Source: Nemertoderma westbladi (taxonomy: Eukaryota; Animalia; Xenacoelomorpha). From it: DNA of 64,000 nt. The notes below the pieces were generated by a model that saw only the letters and a list, made by a program, of their open reading frames with translations, did no database searches and was not told the origin of the DNA. This document shows positions 1 to 10,900 of this stretch, piece by piece. The DNA is taken from NCBI GenBank assembly GCA_032718475.1, contig JAUCBJ010004934.1, positions 62,001 through 126,000 on the forward strand, read 5' to 3'. Position 1 is the first letter of the stretch, and each line of letters opens with the position of its first letter. The translations under genes and the position numbers were made by a program.

Positions 1-2864
1 ATCAACATAGTTTGGTTACAGTCTAGAACTTTCATTATATTTGCTACTAAAAATTACCGAGAGCGAGAATAACATTATATTTGCTACTAAAAATAAAGTA
101 ACTATATCAACATAGTTTGGGTACAGTCTAGAACTTTCATTATATTTGCTACTAAAAATAAAGTAACTATATCAACACAGTTTGGTTACAGTCTAGAACT
201 TTCATTATATTTGCTACTAAAAATAAAGTAACTATATCAACATAGTTTGGTTACAGTCTAGAACTTTCATTATATTTGCTACTAAAAATAAAGTAACTAT
301 ATCAACACAGTTTGGTTACAGTCTAGAACTTTCATTATATTTGCTACTAAAAATAAAGTAACTATATCAACATAGTTTGGTTACAGTCTAGAACTTTCAT
401 TATATTTGCTACTAAAAATAAAGTAACTATATCAACACAGTTTGGGTACAGTCTAGAACTTTCATTATATTTGCTACTAAAAATTACCGAGAGCGAGAAT
501 AACATTATATTTGCTACTAAAAATAAAGTAACTATATCAACATAGTTTGGTTACAGTCTAGAACTTTCATTATATTTGCTACTAAAAATAAAGTAACTAT
601 ATCAACATAGTTTGGTTACAGTCTAGAACTTTCATTATATTTGCTACTAAAAATTACCGAGAGCGAGAATAACATTATATTTGCTACTAAAAATAAAGTA
701 ACTATATCAACACAGTTTGGGTACAGTCTAGAACTTTCATTATATTTGCTACTAAAAATAAAGTAACTATATCAACACAGTTTGGTTACAGTCTAGAACT
801 TTCATTATATTTGCTACTAAAAATTACCGAGAGCGAGAATAACATTATATTTGCTACTAAAAATAAAGTAACTATATCAACACAGTTTGGTTACAGTCTA
901 GAACTTTCATTATATTTGCTACTAAAAATAAAGTAACTATATCAACACAGTTTGGTTACAGTCTAGAACTTTCATTATATTTGCTACTAAAAATTACCGA
1001 GAGCGAGAATAACATTATATTTGCTACTAAAAATAAAGTAACTATATCAACATAGTTTGGGTACAGTCTAGAACTTTCATTATATTTGCTACTAAAAATA
1101 AAGTAACTATATCAACACAGTTTGGTTACAGTCTAGAACTTTCATTATATTTGCTACTAAAAATTACCGAGAGCGAGAATAACATTATATTTGCTACTAA
1201 AAATAAAGTAACTATATCAACACAGTTTGGTTACAGTCTAGAACTTTCATTATATTTGCTACTAAAAATTACCGAGAGCGAGAATAACATTATATTAGCT
1301 ACTAAAAATAAAGTAACTATATCAACACAGTTTGGGTACAGTCTAGAACTTTCATTATATTTGCTACTAAAAATAAAGTAACTATATCAACATAGTTTGG
1401 GTACAGTCTAGAACTTTCATTATATTTGCTACTAAAAATTACCGAGAGCGAGAATAACATTATATTTGCTACTAAAAATAAAGTAACTATATCAACACAG
1501 TTTGGGTACAGTCTAGAACTTTCATTATATTTGCTACTAAAAATTACCGAGAGCGAGAATAACATTATATTTGCTACTAAAAATAAAGTAACTATATCAA
1601 CACAGTTTGGGTACAGTCTAGAACTTTCATTATATTTGCTACTAAAAATAAAGTAACTATATCAACACAGTTTGGGTACAGTCTAGAACTTTCATTATAT
1701 TTGCTACTAAAAATAAAGTAACTATATCAACACAGTTTGGGTACAGTCTAGAACTTTCATTATATTTGCTACTAAAAATAAAGTAACTATATCAACACAG
1801 TTTGGGTACAGTCTAGAACTTTCATTATATTTGCTACTAAAAATAAAGTAACTATATCAACATAGTTTGGGTACAGTCTAGAACTTTCATTATATTTGCT
1901 ACTAAAAATTACCGAGAGCGAGAATAACATTATATTTGCTACTAAAAATAAAGTAACTATATCAACACAGTTTGGGTACAGTCTAGAACTTTCATTATAT
2001 TTGCTACTAAAAATTACCGAGAGCGAGAATAACATTATATTTGCTACTAAAAATAAAGTAACTATATCAACACAGTTTGGGTACAGTCTAGAACTTTCAT
2101 TATATTTGCTACTAAAAATAAAGTAACTATATCAACATAGTTTGGGTACAGTCTAGAACTTTCATTATATTTGCTACTAAAAATAAAGTAACTATATCAA
2201 CACAGTTTGGGTACAGTCTAGAACTTTCATTATATTTGCTACTAAAAATTACCGAGAGCGAGAATAACATTATATTTGCTACTAAAAATAAAGTAACTAT
2301 ATCAACACAGTTTGGTTACAGTCTAGAACTTTCATTATATTTGCTACTAAAAATAAAGTAACTATATCAACACAGTTTGGTTACAGTCTAGAACTTTCAT
2401 TATATTTGCTACTAAAAATAAAGTAACTATATCAACACAGTTTGGTTACAGTCTAGAACTTTCATTATATTTGCTATTAAAAATAAAGTAACTATATCAA
2501 CATAGTTTGGGTACAGTCTAGAACTTTCATTATATTTGCTACTAAAAATAAAGTAACTATATCAACATAGTTTGGGTACAGTCTAGAACTTTCATTATAT
2601 TTGCTACTAAAAATTACCGAGAGCGAGAATAACATTATATTTGCTACTAAAAATAAAGTAACTATATCAACACAGTTTGGTTACAGTCTAGAACTTTCAT
2701 TATATTTGCTACTAAAAATAAAGTAACTATATCAACACAGTTTGGTTACAGTCTAGAACTTTCATTATATTTGCTATTAAAAATAAAGTAACTATATCAA
2801 CATAGTTTGGGTACAGTCTAGAACTTTCATTATATTTGCTACTAAAAATAAAGTAACTATATCA
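1..2864. repeat. Satellite array, left segment: mixed 65-bp A and 40-bp B units; continues beyond window start
   Basis: A = ATCAACAYAGTTTGGKTACAGTCTAGAACTTTCATTATATTTGCTACTAAAAATAAAGTAACTAT recurs every 65 bp (171, 236, 301, 366, 431). B = CATTATATTTGCTACTAAAAATTACCGAGAGCGAGAATAA is interspersed. Confidence 0.99.
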
Positions 2865-2867
2865 ACA

Positions 2868-2883
2868 CGAAGTGGGGACTTCG
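2868..2883. other. Terminal stem-loop of the insertion (CGAAGT-GGGG-ACTTCG)
   Basis: Perfect 6-bp stem with 4-nt loop at the left junction; no equivalent at the right end. Confidence 0.75.
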
Positions 2884-2888
2884 CGCAG

Positions 2889-2953
2889 CACGAAGTTGGC
2901 AGAGCCTTAGCGAATTGACACTGTTAGGGGGTAGGTCAATTTATGCAAATAGT
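2889..2953 (+). repeat. Left subterminal inverted repeat (65 bp)
   Basis: CACGAAGTTGGCAGAGCC...TTATGCAAATAGT is the reverse complement of 3295-3359 at 63/65 positions (mismatches at 2901 and 2933). Confidence 0.97.
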
Positions 2954-2958
2954 CACGT

Positions 2959-2972
2959 TGGCCCTCTAGCGG
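2959..2972 (-). promoter_or_regulatory. CTCF-like motif, copy 1 (CCGCTAGAGGGCCA on minus strand)
   Basis: Resembles the CTCF core consensus CCRSYAGRKGGC by eye; binding not shown. Confidence 0.35.
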
Positions 2973-3103
2973 CAGACTGGAGAACTGCAGATGGATTCGC
3001 CTCCCTTGAAAGTCACAGCTAATGGTCTAATACATATCTGCCAAGTTTCAGCTTAAACGGATTAAAAGCAAAGAAATGGGAGGGCATTTAATGTTTAGAC
3101 ATG

Positions 3104-3117
3104 TGGCCCTCTAGCGG
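3104..3117 (-). promoter_or_regulatory. CTCF-like motif, copy 2 (CCGCTAGAGGGCCA on minus strand)
   Basis: Identical 14-mer to 2959-2972, 145 bp away in the same orientation. Confidence 0.35.
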
Positions 3118-3243
3118 GAGACCATTGCACTGATGGTGTCTGAAAGTCTCTCAAAAATCTCAACTTTTGCTCATATTGATACCTACAAATTTTCAACTTG
3201 GCAGCTTTAAATCCGACAAAGTTATTAGCATGTCAAAATCGTA

Positions 3244-3294
3244 ACGACGACGACAACGACGACGACGACAACGACGACGACGACGACGACGACA
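3244..3294. repeat. Interrupted trinucleotide microsatellite (ACG)3 ACA (ACG)4 ACA (ACG)7 ACA
   Basis: 17 triplets read directly, abutting the right inverted repeat. Confidence 0.98.
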
Positions 3295-3359
3295 ACTATT
3301 TGCATAAATTGACCCACCCCCTAACAGTGTCAATTCGCTAAGGCTCCGCCAACTTCGTG
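3295..3359 (-). repeat. Right subterminal inverted repeat (65 bp)
   Basis: ACTATTTGCATAAATTGACC...GCCAACTTCGTG is the reverse complement of 2889-2953 with 2 mismatches. Confidence 0.97.
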
Positions 3360-3525
3360 GCTCGCCCCACATAGTTTGGGTACAGTCTAGAACTTTCATT
3401 ATATTTGCTACTAAAAATTACCGAGAGCGAGAATAACATTATATTTGCTACTAAAAATAAAGTAACTATATCAACACAGTTTGGTTACAGTCTAGAACTT
3501 TCATTATATTTGCTACTAAAAATTA

Positions 3526-4716
3526 CCGAGAGCGAGAATAACATTATATTTGCTACTAAAAATAAAGTAACTATATCAACATAGTTTGGGTACAGTCTAG
3601 AACTTTCATTATATTTGCTACTAAAAATAAAGTAACTATATCAACACAGTTTGGGTACAGTCTAGAACTTTCATTATATTTGCTACTAAAAATTACCGAG
3701 AGCGAGAATAACATTATATTTGCTACTAAAAATAAAGTAACTATATCAACATAGTTTGGGTACAGTCTAGAACTTTCATTATATTTGCTACTAAAAATAA
3801 AGTAACTATATCAACACAGTTTGGGTACAGTCTAGAACTTTCATTATATTTGCTACTAAAAATTACCGAGAGCGAGAATAACATTATATTTGCTACTAAA
3901 AATAAAGTAACTATATCAACATAGTTTGGTTACAGTCTAGAACTTTCATTATATTTGCTACTAAAAATAAAGTAACTATATCAACACAGTTTGGGTACAG
4001 TCTAGAACTTTCATTATATTTGCTACTAAAAATTACCGAGAGCGAGAATAACATTATATTTGCTACTAAAAATAAAGTAACTATATCAACATAGTTTGGG
4101 TACAGTCTAGAACTTTCATTATATTTGCTACTAAAAATAAAGTAACTATATCAACATAGTTTGGTTACAGTCTAGAACTTTCATTATATTTGCTACTAAA
4201 AATTACCGAGAGCGAGAATAACATTATATTTGCTACTAAAAATAAAGTAACTATATCAACATAGTTTGGGTACAGTCTAGAACTTTCATTATATTTGCTA
4301 CTAAAAATAAAGTAACTATATCAACACAGTTTGGGTACAGTCTAGAACTTTCATTATATTTGCTACTAAAAATTACCGAGAGCGAGAATAACATTATATT
4401 TGCTACTAAAAATAAAGTAACTATATCAACATAGTTTGGGTACAGTCTAGAACTTTCATTATATTTGCTATTAAAAATAAAGTAACTATATCAACATAGT
4501 TTGGTTACAGTCTAGAACTTTCATTATATTTGCTACTAAAAATTACCGAGAGCGAGAATAACATTATATTTGCTACTAAAAATAAAGTAACTATATCAAC
4601 ATAGTTTGGGTACAGTCTAGAACTTTCATTATATTTGCTACTAAAAATAAAGTAACTATATCAACACAGTTTGGGTACAGTCTAGAACTTTCATTATATT
4701 TGCTACTAAAAATTAC
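3526..4716. repeat. 170-bp higher-order repeat (AAB) x7
   Basis: B marker CCGAG at 3526, 3696, 3866, 4036, 4206, 4376, 4546, 4716. Confidence 0.9.
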
Positions 4717-4796
4717 CGAGAGCGAGAATAACATTATATTTGCTACTAAAAATAAAGTAACTATATCAACACAGTTTGGGTACAGTCTAGAACTTT

Positions 4797-4916
4797 CATT
4801 ATATTTGCTACTAAAAATTACCGAGAGCGAGAATAACATTATATTTGCTACTAAAAATTACCGAGAGCGAGAATAACATTATATTTGCTACTAAAAATTA
4901 CCGAGAGCGAGAATAA
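4797..4916. repeat. Three consecutive 40-bp B units
   Basis: CATTATATTTGCTACTAAAAATTACCGAGAGCGAGAATAA x3. Confidence 0.95.
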
Positions 4917-7900
4917 CATTATATTTGCTACTAAAAATAAAGTAACTATATCAACATAGTTTGGGTACAGTCTAGAACTTTCATTATATTTGCTACTAAA
5001 AATAAAGTAACTATATCAACATAGTTTGGGTACAGTCTAGAACTTTCATTATATTTGCTATTAAAAATAAAGTAACTATATCAACATAGTTTGGTTACAG
5101 TCTAGAACTTTCATTATATTTGCTACTAAAAATTACCGAGAGCGAGAATAACATTATATTTGCTACTAAAAATAAAGTAACTATATCAACATAGTTTGGG
5201 TACAGTCTAGAACTTTCATTATATTTGCTATTAAAAATAAAGTAACTATATCAACACAGTTTGGGTACAGTCTAGAACTTTCATTATATTTGCTACTAAA
5301 AATAAAGTAACTATATCAACATAGTTTGGGTACAGTCTAGAACTTTCATTATATTTGCTACTAAAAATAAAGTAACTATATCAACACAGTTTGGGTACAG
5401 TCTAGAACTTTCATTATATTTGCTACTAAAAATAAAGTAACTATATCAACACAGTTTGGGTACAGTCTAGAACTTTCATTATATTTGCTACTAAAAATAA
5501 AGTAACTATATCAACACAGTTTGGGTACAGTCTAGAACTTTCATTATATTTGCTACTAAAAATTACCGAGAGCGAGAATAACATTATATTTGCTACTAAA
5601 AATAAAGTAACTATATCAACACAGTTTGGGTACAGTCTAGAACTTTCATTATATTTGCTACTAAAAATAAAGTAACTATATCAACACAGTTTGGGTACAG
5701 TCTAGAACTTTCATTATATTTGCTACTAAAAATTACCGAGAGCGAGAATAACATTATATTTGCTACTAAAAATAAAGTAACTATATCAACATAGTTTGGG
5801 TACAGTCTAGAACTTTCATTATATTTGCTACTAAAAATAAAGTAACTATATCAACACAGTTTGGGTACAGTCTAGAACTTTCATTATATTTGCTACTAAA
5901 AATTACCGAGAGCGAGAATAACATTATATTTGCTACTAAAAATAAAGTAACTATATCAACACAGTTTGGGTACAGTCTAGAACTTTCATTATATTTGCTA
6001 CTAAAAATTACCGAGAGCGAGAATAACATTATATTTGCTACTAAAAATAAAGTAACTATATCAACACAGTTTGGGTACAGTCTAGAACTTTCATTATATT
6101 TGCTACTAAAAATTACCGAGAGCGAGAATAACATTATATTTGCTACTAAAAATAAAGTAACTATATCAACACAGTTTGGGTACAGTCTAGAACTTTCATT
6201 ATATTTGCTAGTAAAAATAAAGTAACTATATCAACACAGTTTGGTTACAGTCTAGAACTTTCATTATATTTGCTACTAAAAATAAAGTAACTATATCAAC
6301 ACAGTTTGGTTACAGTCTAGAACTTTCATTATATTTGCTACTAAAAATAAAGTAACTATATCAACATAGTTTGGTTACAGTCTAGAACTTTCATTATATT
6401 TGCTACTAAAAATTACCGAGAGCGAGAATAACATTATATTTGCTACTAAAAATAAAGTAACTATATCAACACAGTTTGGGTACAGTCTAGAACTTTCATT
6501 ATATTTGCTACTAAAAATAAAGTAACTATATCAACATAGTTTGGGTACAGTCTAGAACTTTCATTATATTTGCTACTAAAAATAAAGTAACTATATCAAC
6601 ACAGTTTGGGTACAGTCTAGAACTTTCATTATATTTGCTACTAAAAATTACCGAGAGCAAGAATAACATTATATTTGCTACTAAAAATAAAGTAACTATA
6701 TCAACACAGTTTGGGTACAGTCTAGAACTTTCATTATATTTGCTACTAAAAATAAAGTAACTATATCAACATAGTTTGGGTACAGTCTAGAACTTTCATT
6801 ATATTTGCTACTAAAAATAAAGTAACTATATCAACACAGTTTGGGTACAGTCTAGAACTTTCATTATATTTGCTACTAAAAATTACCGAGAGCGAGAATA
6901 ACATTATATTTGCTACTAAAAATAAAGTAACTATATCAACATAGTTTGGGTACAGTCTAGAACTTTCATTATATTTGCTACTAAAAATAAAGTAACTATA
7001 TCAACACAGTTTGGTTACAGTCTAGAACTTTCATTATATTAGCTACTAAAAATAAAGTAACTATATCAACATAGTTTGGGTACAGTCTAGAACTTTCATT
7101 ATATTTGCTACTAAAAATTACCGAGAGCGAGAATAACATTATATTTGCTACTAAAAATAAAGTAACTATATCAACACAGTTTGGTTACAGTCTAGAACTT
7201 TCATTATATTAGCTACTAAAAATAAAGTAACTATATCAACATAGTTTGGGTACAGTCTAGAACTTTCATTATATTTGCTACTAAAAATAAAGTAACTATA
7301 TCAACACAGTTTGGTTACAGTCTAGAACTTTCATTATATTTGCTACTAAAAATTACCGAGAGCGAGAATAACATTATATTTGCTACTAAAAATAAAGTAA
7401 TTATATCAACATAGTTTGGATACAGTCTAGAACTTTCATTATATTTGCTACTAAAAATAAAGTAACTATATCAACATAGTTTGGGTACAGTCTAGAACTT
7501 TCATTATATTTGCTACTAAAAATTACCGAGAGCGAGAATAACATTATATTTGCTACTAAAAATAAAGTAATTATATCAACATAGTTTGGATACAGTCTAG
7601 AACTTTCATTATATTTGCTACTAAAAATAAAGTAACTATATCAACATAGTTTGGGTACAGTCTAGAACTTTCATTATATTTGCTACTAAAAATTACCGAG
7701 AGCGAGAATAACATTATATTTGCTACTAAAAATAAAGTAACTATATCAACACAGTTTGGTTACAGTCTAGAACTTTCATTATATTTGCTACTAAAAATAA
7801 AGTAACTATATCAACATAGTTTGGGTACAGTCTAGAACTTTCATTATATTTGCTACTAAAAATAAAGTAACTATATCAACACAGTTTGGGTACAGTCTAG

Positions 7901-10900
7901 AACTTTCATTATATTTGCTACTAAAAATTACCGAGAGCGAGAATAACATTATATTTGCTACTAAAAATAAAGTAACTATATCAACATAGTTTGGGTACAG
8001 TCTAGAACTTTCATTATATTTGCTACTAAAAATAAAGTAACTATATCAACACAGTTTGGTTACAGTCTAGAACTTTCATTATATTTGCTACTAAAAATTA
8101 CCGAGAGCGAGAATAACATTATATTTGCTACTAAAAATAAAGTAACTATATCAACATAGTTTGGATACAGTCTAGAACTTTCATTATATTTGCTACTAAA
8201 AATAAAGTAACTATATCAACACAGTTTGGGTACAGTCTAGAACTTTCATTATATTTGCTACTAAAAATTACCGAGAGCGAGAATAACATTATATTTGCTA
8301 CTAAAAATAAAGTAACTATATCAACATAGTTTGGATACAGTCTAGAACTTTCATTATATTTGCTACTAAAAATAAAGTAACTATATCAACATAGTTTGGG
8401 TACAGTCTAGAACTTTCATTATATTTGCTATTAAAAATAAAGTAACTATATCAACATAGTTTGGTTACAGTCTAGAACTTTCATTATATTTGCTACTAAA
8501 AATTACCGAGAGCGAGAATAACATTATATTTGCTACTAAAAATAAAGTAACTATATCAACATAGTTTGGTTACAGTCTAGAACTTTCATTATATTTGCTA
8601 CTAAAAATTACCGAGAGCGAGAATAACATTATATTTGCTACTAAAAATAAAGTAACTATATCAACATAGTTTGGATACAGTCTAGAACTTTCATTATATT
8701 TGCTACTAAAAATTACCGAGAGCGAGAATAACATTATATTTGCTACTAAAAATAAAGTAACTATATCAACATAGTTTGGTTACAGTCTAGAACTTTCATT
8801 ATATTTGCTACTAAAAATAAAGTAACTATATCAACATAGTTTGGATACAGTCTAGAACTTTCATTATATTTGCTACTAAAAATTACCGAGAGCGAGAATA
8901 ACATTATATTTGCTACTAAAAATAAAGTAACTATATCAACATAGTTTGGTTACAGTCTAGAACTTTCATTATATTTGCTACTAAAAATAAAGTAACTATA
9001 TCAACATAGTTTGGTTACAGTCTAGAACTTTCATTATATTTGCTACTAAAAATTACCGAGAGCGAGAATAACATTATATTTGCTACTAAAAATAAAGTAA
9101 CTATATCAACATAGTTTGGATACAGTCTAGAACTTTCATTATATTTGCTACTAAAAATTACCGAGAGCGAGAATAACATTATATTTGCTACTAAAAATAA
9201 AGTAACTATATCAACATAGTTTGGTTACAGTCTAGAACTTTCATTATATTTGCTACTAAAAATTACCGAGAGCGAGAATAACATTATATTTGCTACTAAA
9301 AATAAAGTAACTATATCAACATAGTTTGGATACAGTCTAGAACTTTCATTATATTTGCTACTAAAAATAAAGTAACTATATCAACACAGTTTGGTTACAG
9401 TCTAGAACTTTCATTATATTTGCTACTAAAAATAAAGTAACTATATCAACACAGTTTGGGTACAGTCTAGAACTTTCATTATATTTGCTACTAAAAATAA
9501 AGTAACTATATCAACATAGTTTGGTTACAGTCTAGAACTTTCATTATATTTGCTACTAAAAATAAAGTAACTATATCAACATAGTTTGGGTACAGTCTAG
9601 AACTTTCATTATATTTGCTACTAAAAATAAAGTAACTATATCAACATAGTTTGGGTACAGTCTAGAACTTTCATTATATTTGCTACTAAAAATAAAGTAA
9701 CTATATCAACACAGTTTGGGTACAGTCTAGAACTTTCATTATATTTGCTACTAAAAATAAAGTAACTATATCAACACAGTTTGGGTACAGTCTAGAACTT
9801 TCATTATATTTGCTACTAAAAATTACCGAGAGCGAGAATAACATTATATTTGCTACTAAAAATAAAGTAACTATATCAACACAGTTTGGGTACAGTCTAG
9901 AACTTTCATTATATTTGCTACTAAAAATAAAGTAACTATATCAACATAGTTTGGGTACAGTCTAGAACTTTCATTATATTTGCTACTAAAAATAAAGTAA
10001 CTATATCAACACAGTTTGGGTACAGTCTAGAACTTTCATTATATTTGCTACTAAAAATTACCGAGAGCGAGAATAACATTATATTTGCTACTAAAAATAA
10101 AGTAACTATATCAACACAGTTTGGGTACAGTCTAGAACTTTCATTATATTTGCTACTAAAAATAAAGTAACTATATCAACACAGTTTGGGTACAGTCTAG
10201 AACTTTCATTATATTTGCTACTAAAAATTACCGAGAGCGAGAATAACATTATATTTGCTACTAAAAATAAAGTAACTATATCAACACAGTTTGGGTACAG
10301 TCTAGAACTTTCATTATATTTGCTACTAAAAATAAAGTAACTATATCAACATAGTTTGGGTACAGTCTAGAACTTTCATTATATTTGCTACTAAAAATAA
10401 AGTAACTATATCAACACAGTTTGGGTACAGTCTAGAACTTTCATTATATTTGCTACTAAAAATTACCGAGAGCGAGAATAACATTATATTTGCTACTAAA
10501 AATAAAGTAACTATATCAACACAGTTTGGGTACAGTCTAGAACTTTCATTATATTTGCTACTAAAAATTACCGAGAGCGAGAATAACATTATATTTGCTA
10601 CTAAAAATAAAGTAACTATATCAACATAGTTTGGGTACAGTCTAGAACTTTCATTATATTTGCTACTAAAAATAAAGTAACTATATCAACATAGTTTGGG
10701 TACAGTCTAGAACTTTCATTATATTTGCTACTAAAAATAAAGTAACTATATCAACATAGTTTGGGTACAGTCTAGAACTTTCATTATATTTGCTACTAAA
10801 AATTACTGAGAGCGAGAATAACATTATATTTGCTACTAAAAATAAAGTAACTATATCAACATAGTTTGGGTACAGTCTAGAACTTTCATTATATTTGCTA

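Larger units (their letters stand above)
2959..3243. repeat. Two diverged ~145-bp internal tandem repeats of the insertion
   Basis: Colinear shared blocks: TGGCCCTCTAGCGG(C/G)AGAC at 2959 and 3104, then GATGG, TGAAAGTC, and ATATCTGCCAAGTTTCAGCTT versus ATACCTACAAATTTTCAACTT. Confidence 0.65.
2865..3368 (-). mobile_element. 504-bp non-autonomous transposon inserted in a satellite A unit; Helentron-derived (DINE-1/HINE-like) or MITE-like
   Basis: It splits ATCA|ACATAG of an A unit with no satellite bases lost (ATAG expected at 2867 resumes at 3371). It has a terminal hairpin, 65-bp subterminal IRs, two internal ~145-bp repeats, a microsatellite and no transposase ORF. Family and strand are inferred from architecture only. 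Confidence 0.85.

Noticed and set aside
92-98. AATAAA polyadenylation signal and TATA-like words in every A unit
   Set aside because: These are expected by chance in ~72% AT DNA and no gene context supports them.
116-122. TTTGGG as a telomeric repeat or G-quadruplex element
   Set aside because: There is a single copy per 65 bp, it is polymorphic (GGG/GGT/GGA) and it is never tandem.
2889-2953. Satellite derived from the element (IR is 65 bp like unit A; shared TATTTGC)
   Set aside because: Only a 7-bp AT-rich word is shared with no extended alignment; the equal length appears coincidental.
2868-2960. tRNA-derived SINE head or snRNA gene at the GC-rich left end
   Set aside because: No convincing A/B boxes, cloverleaf or poly(A) tail; the segment is explained by the hairpin and inverted repeat.
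3193-3399. Arg/Cys-rich, protamine-like 68-aa ORF
   Set aside because: It starts in satellite DNA and crosses the insertion junction; the Arg/Cys tract is the translated (CGT)n microsatellite.
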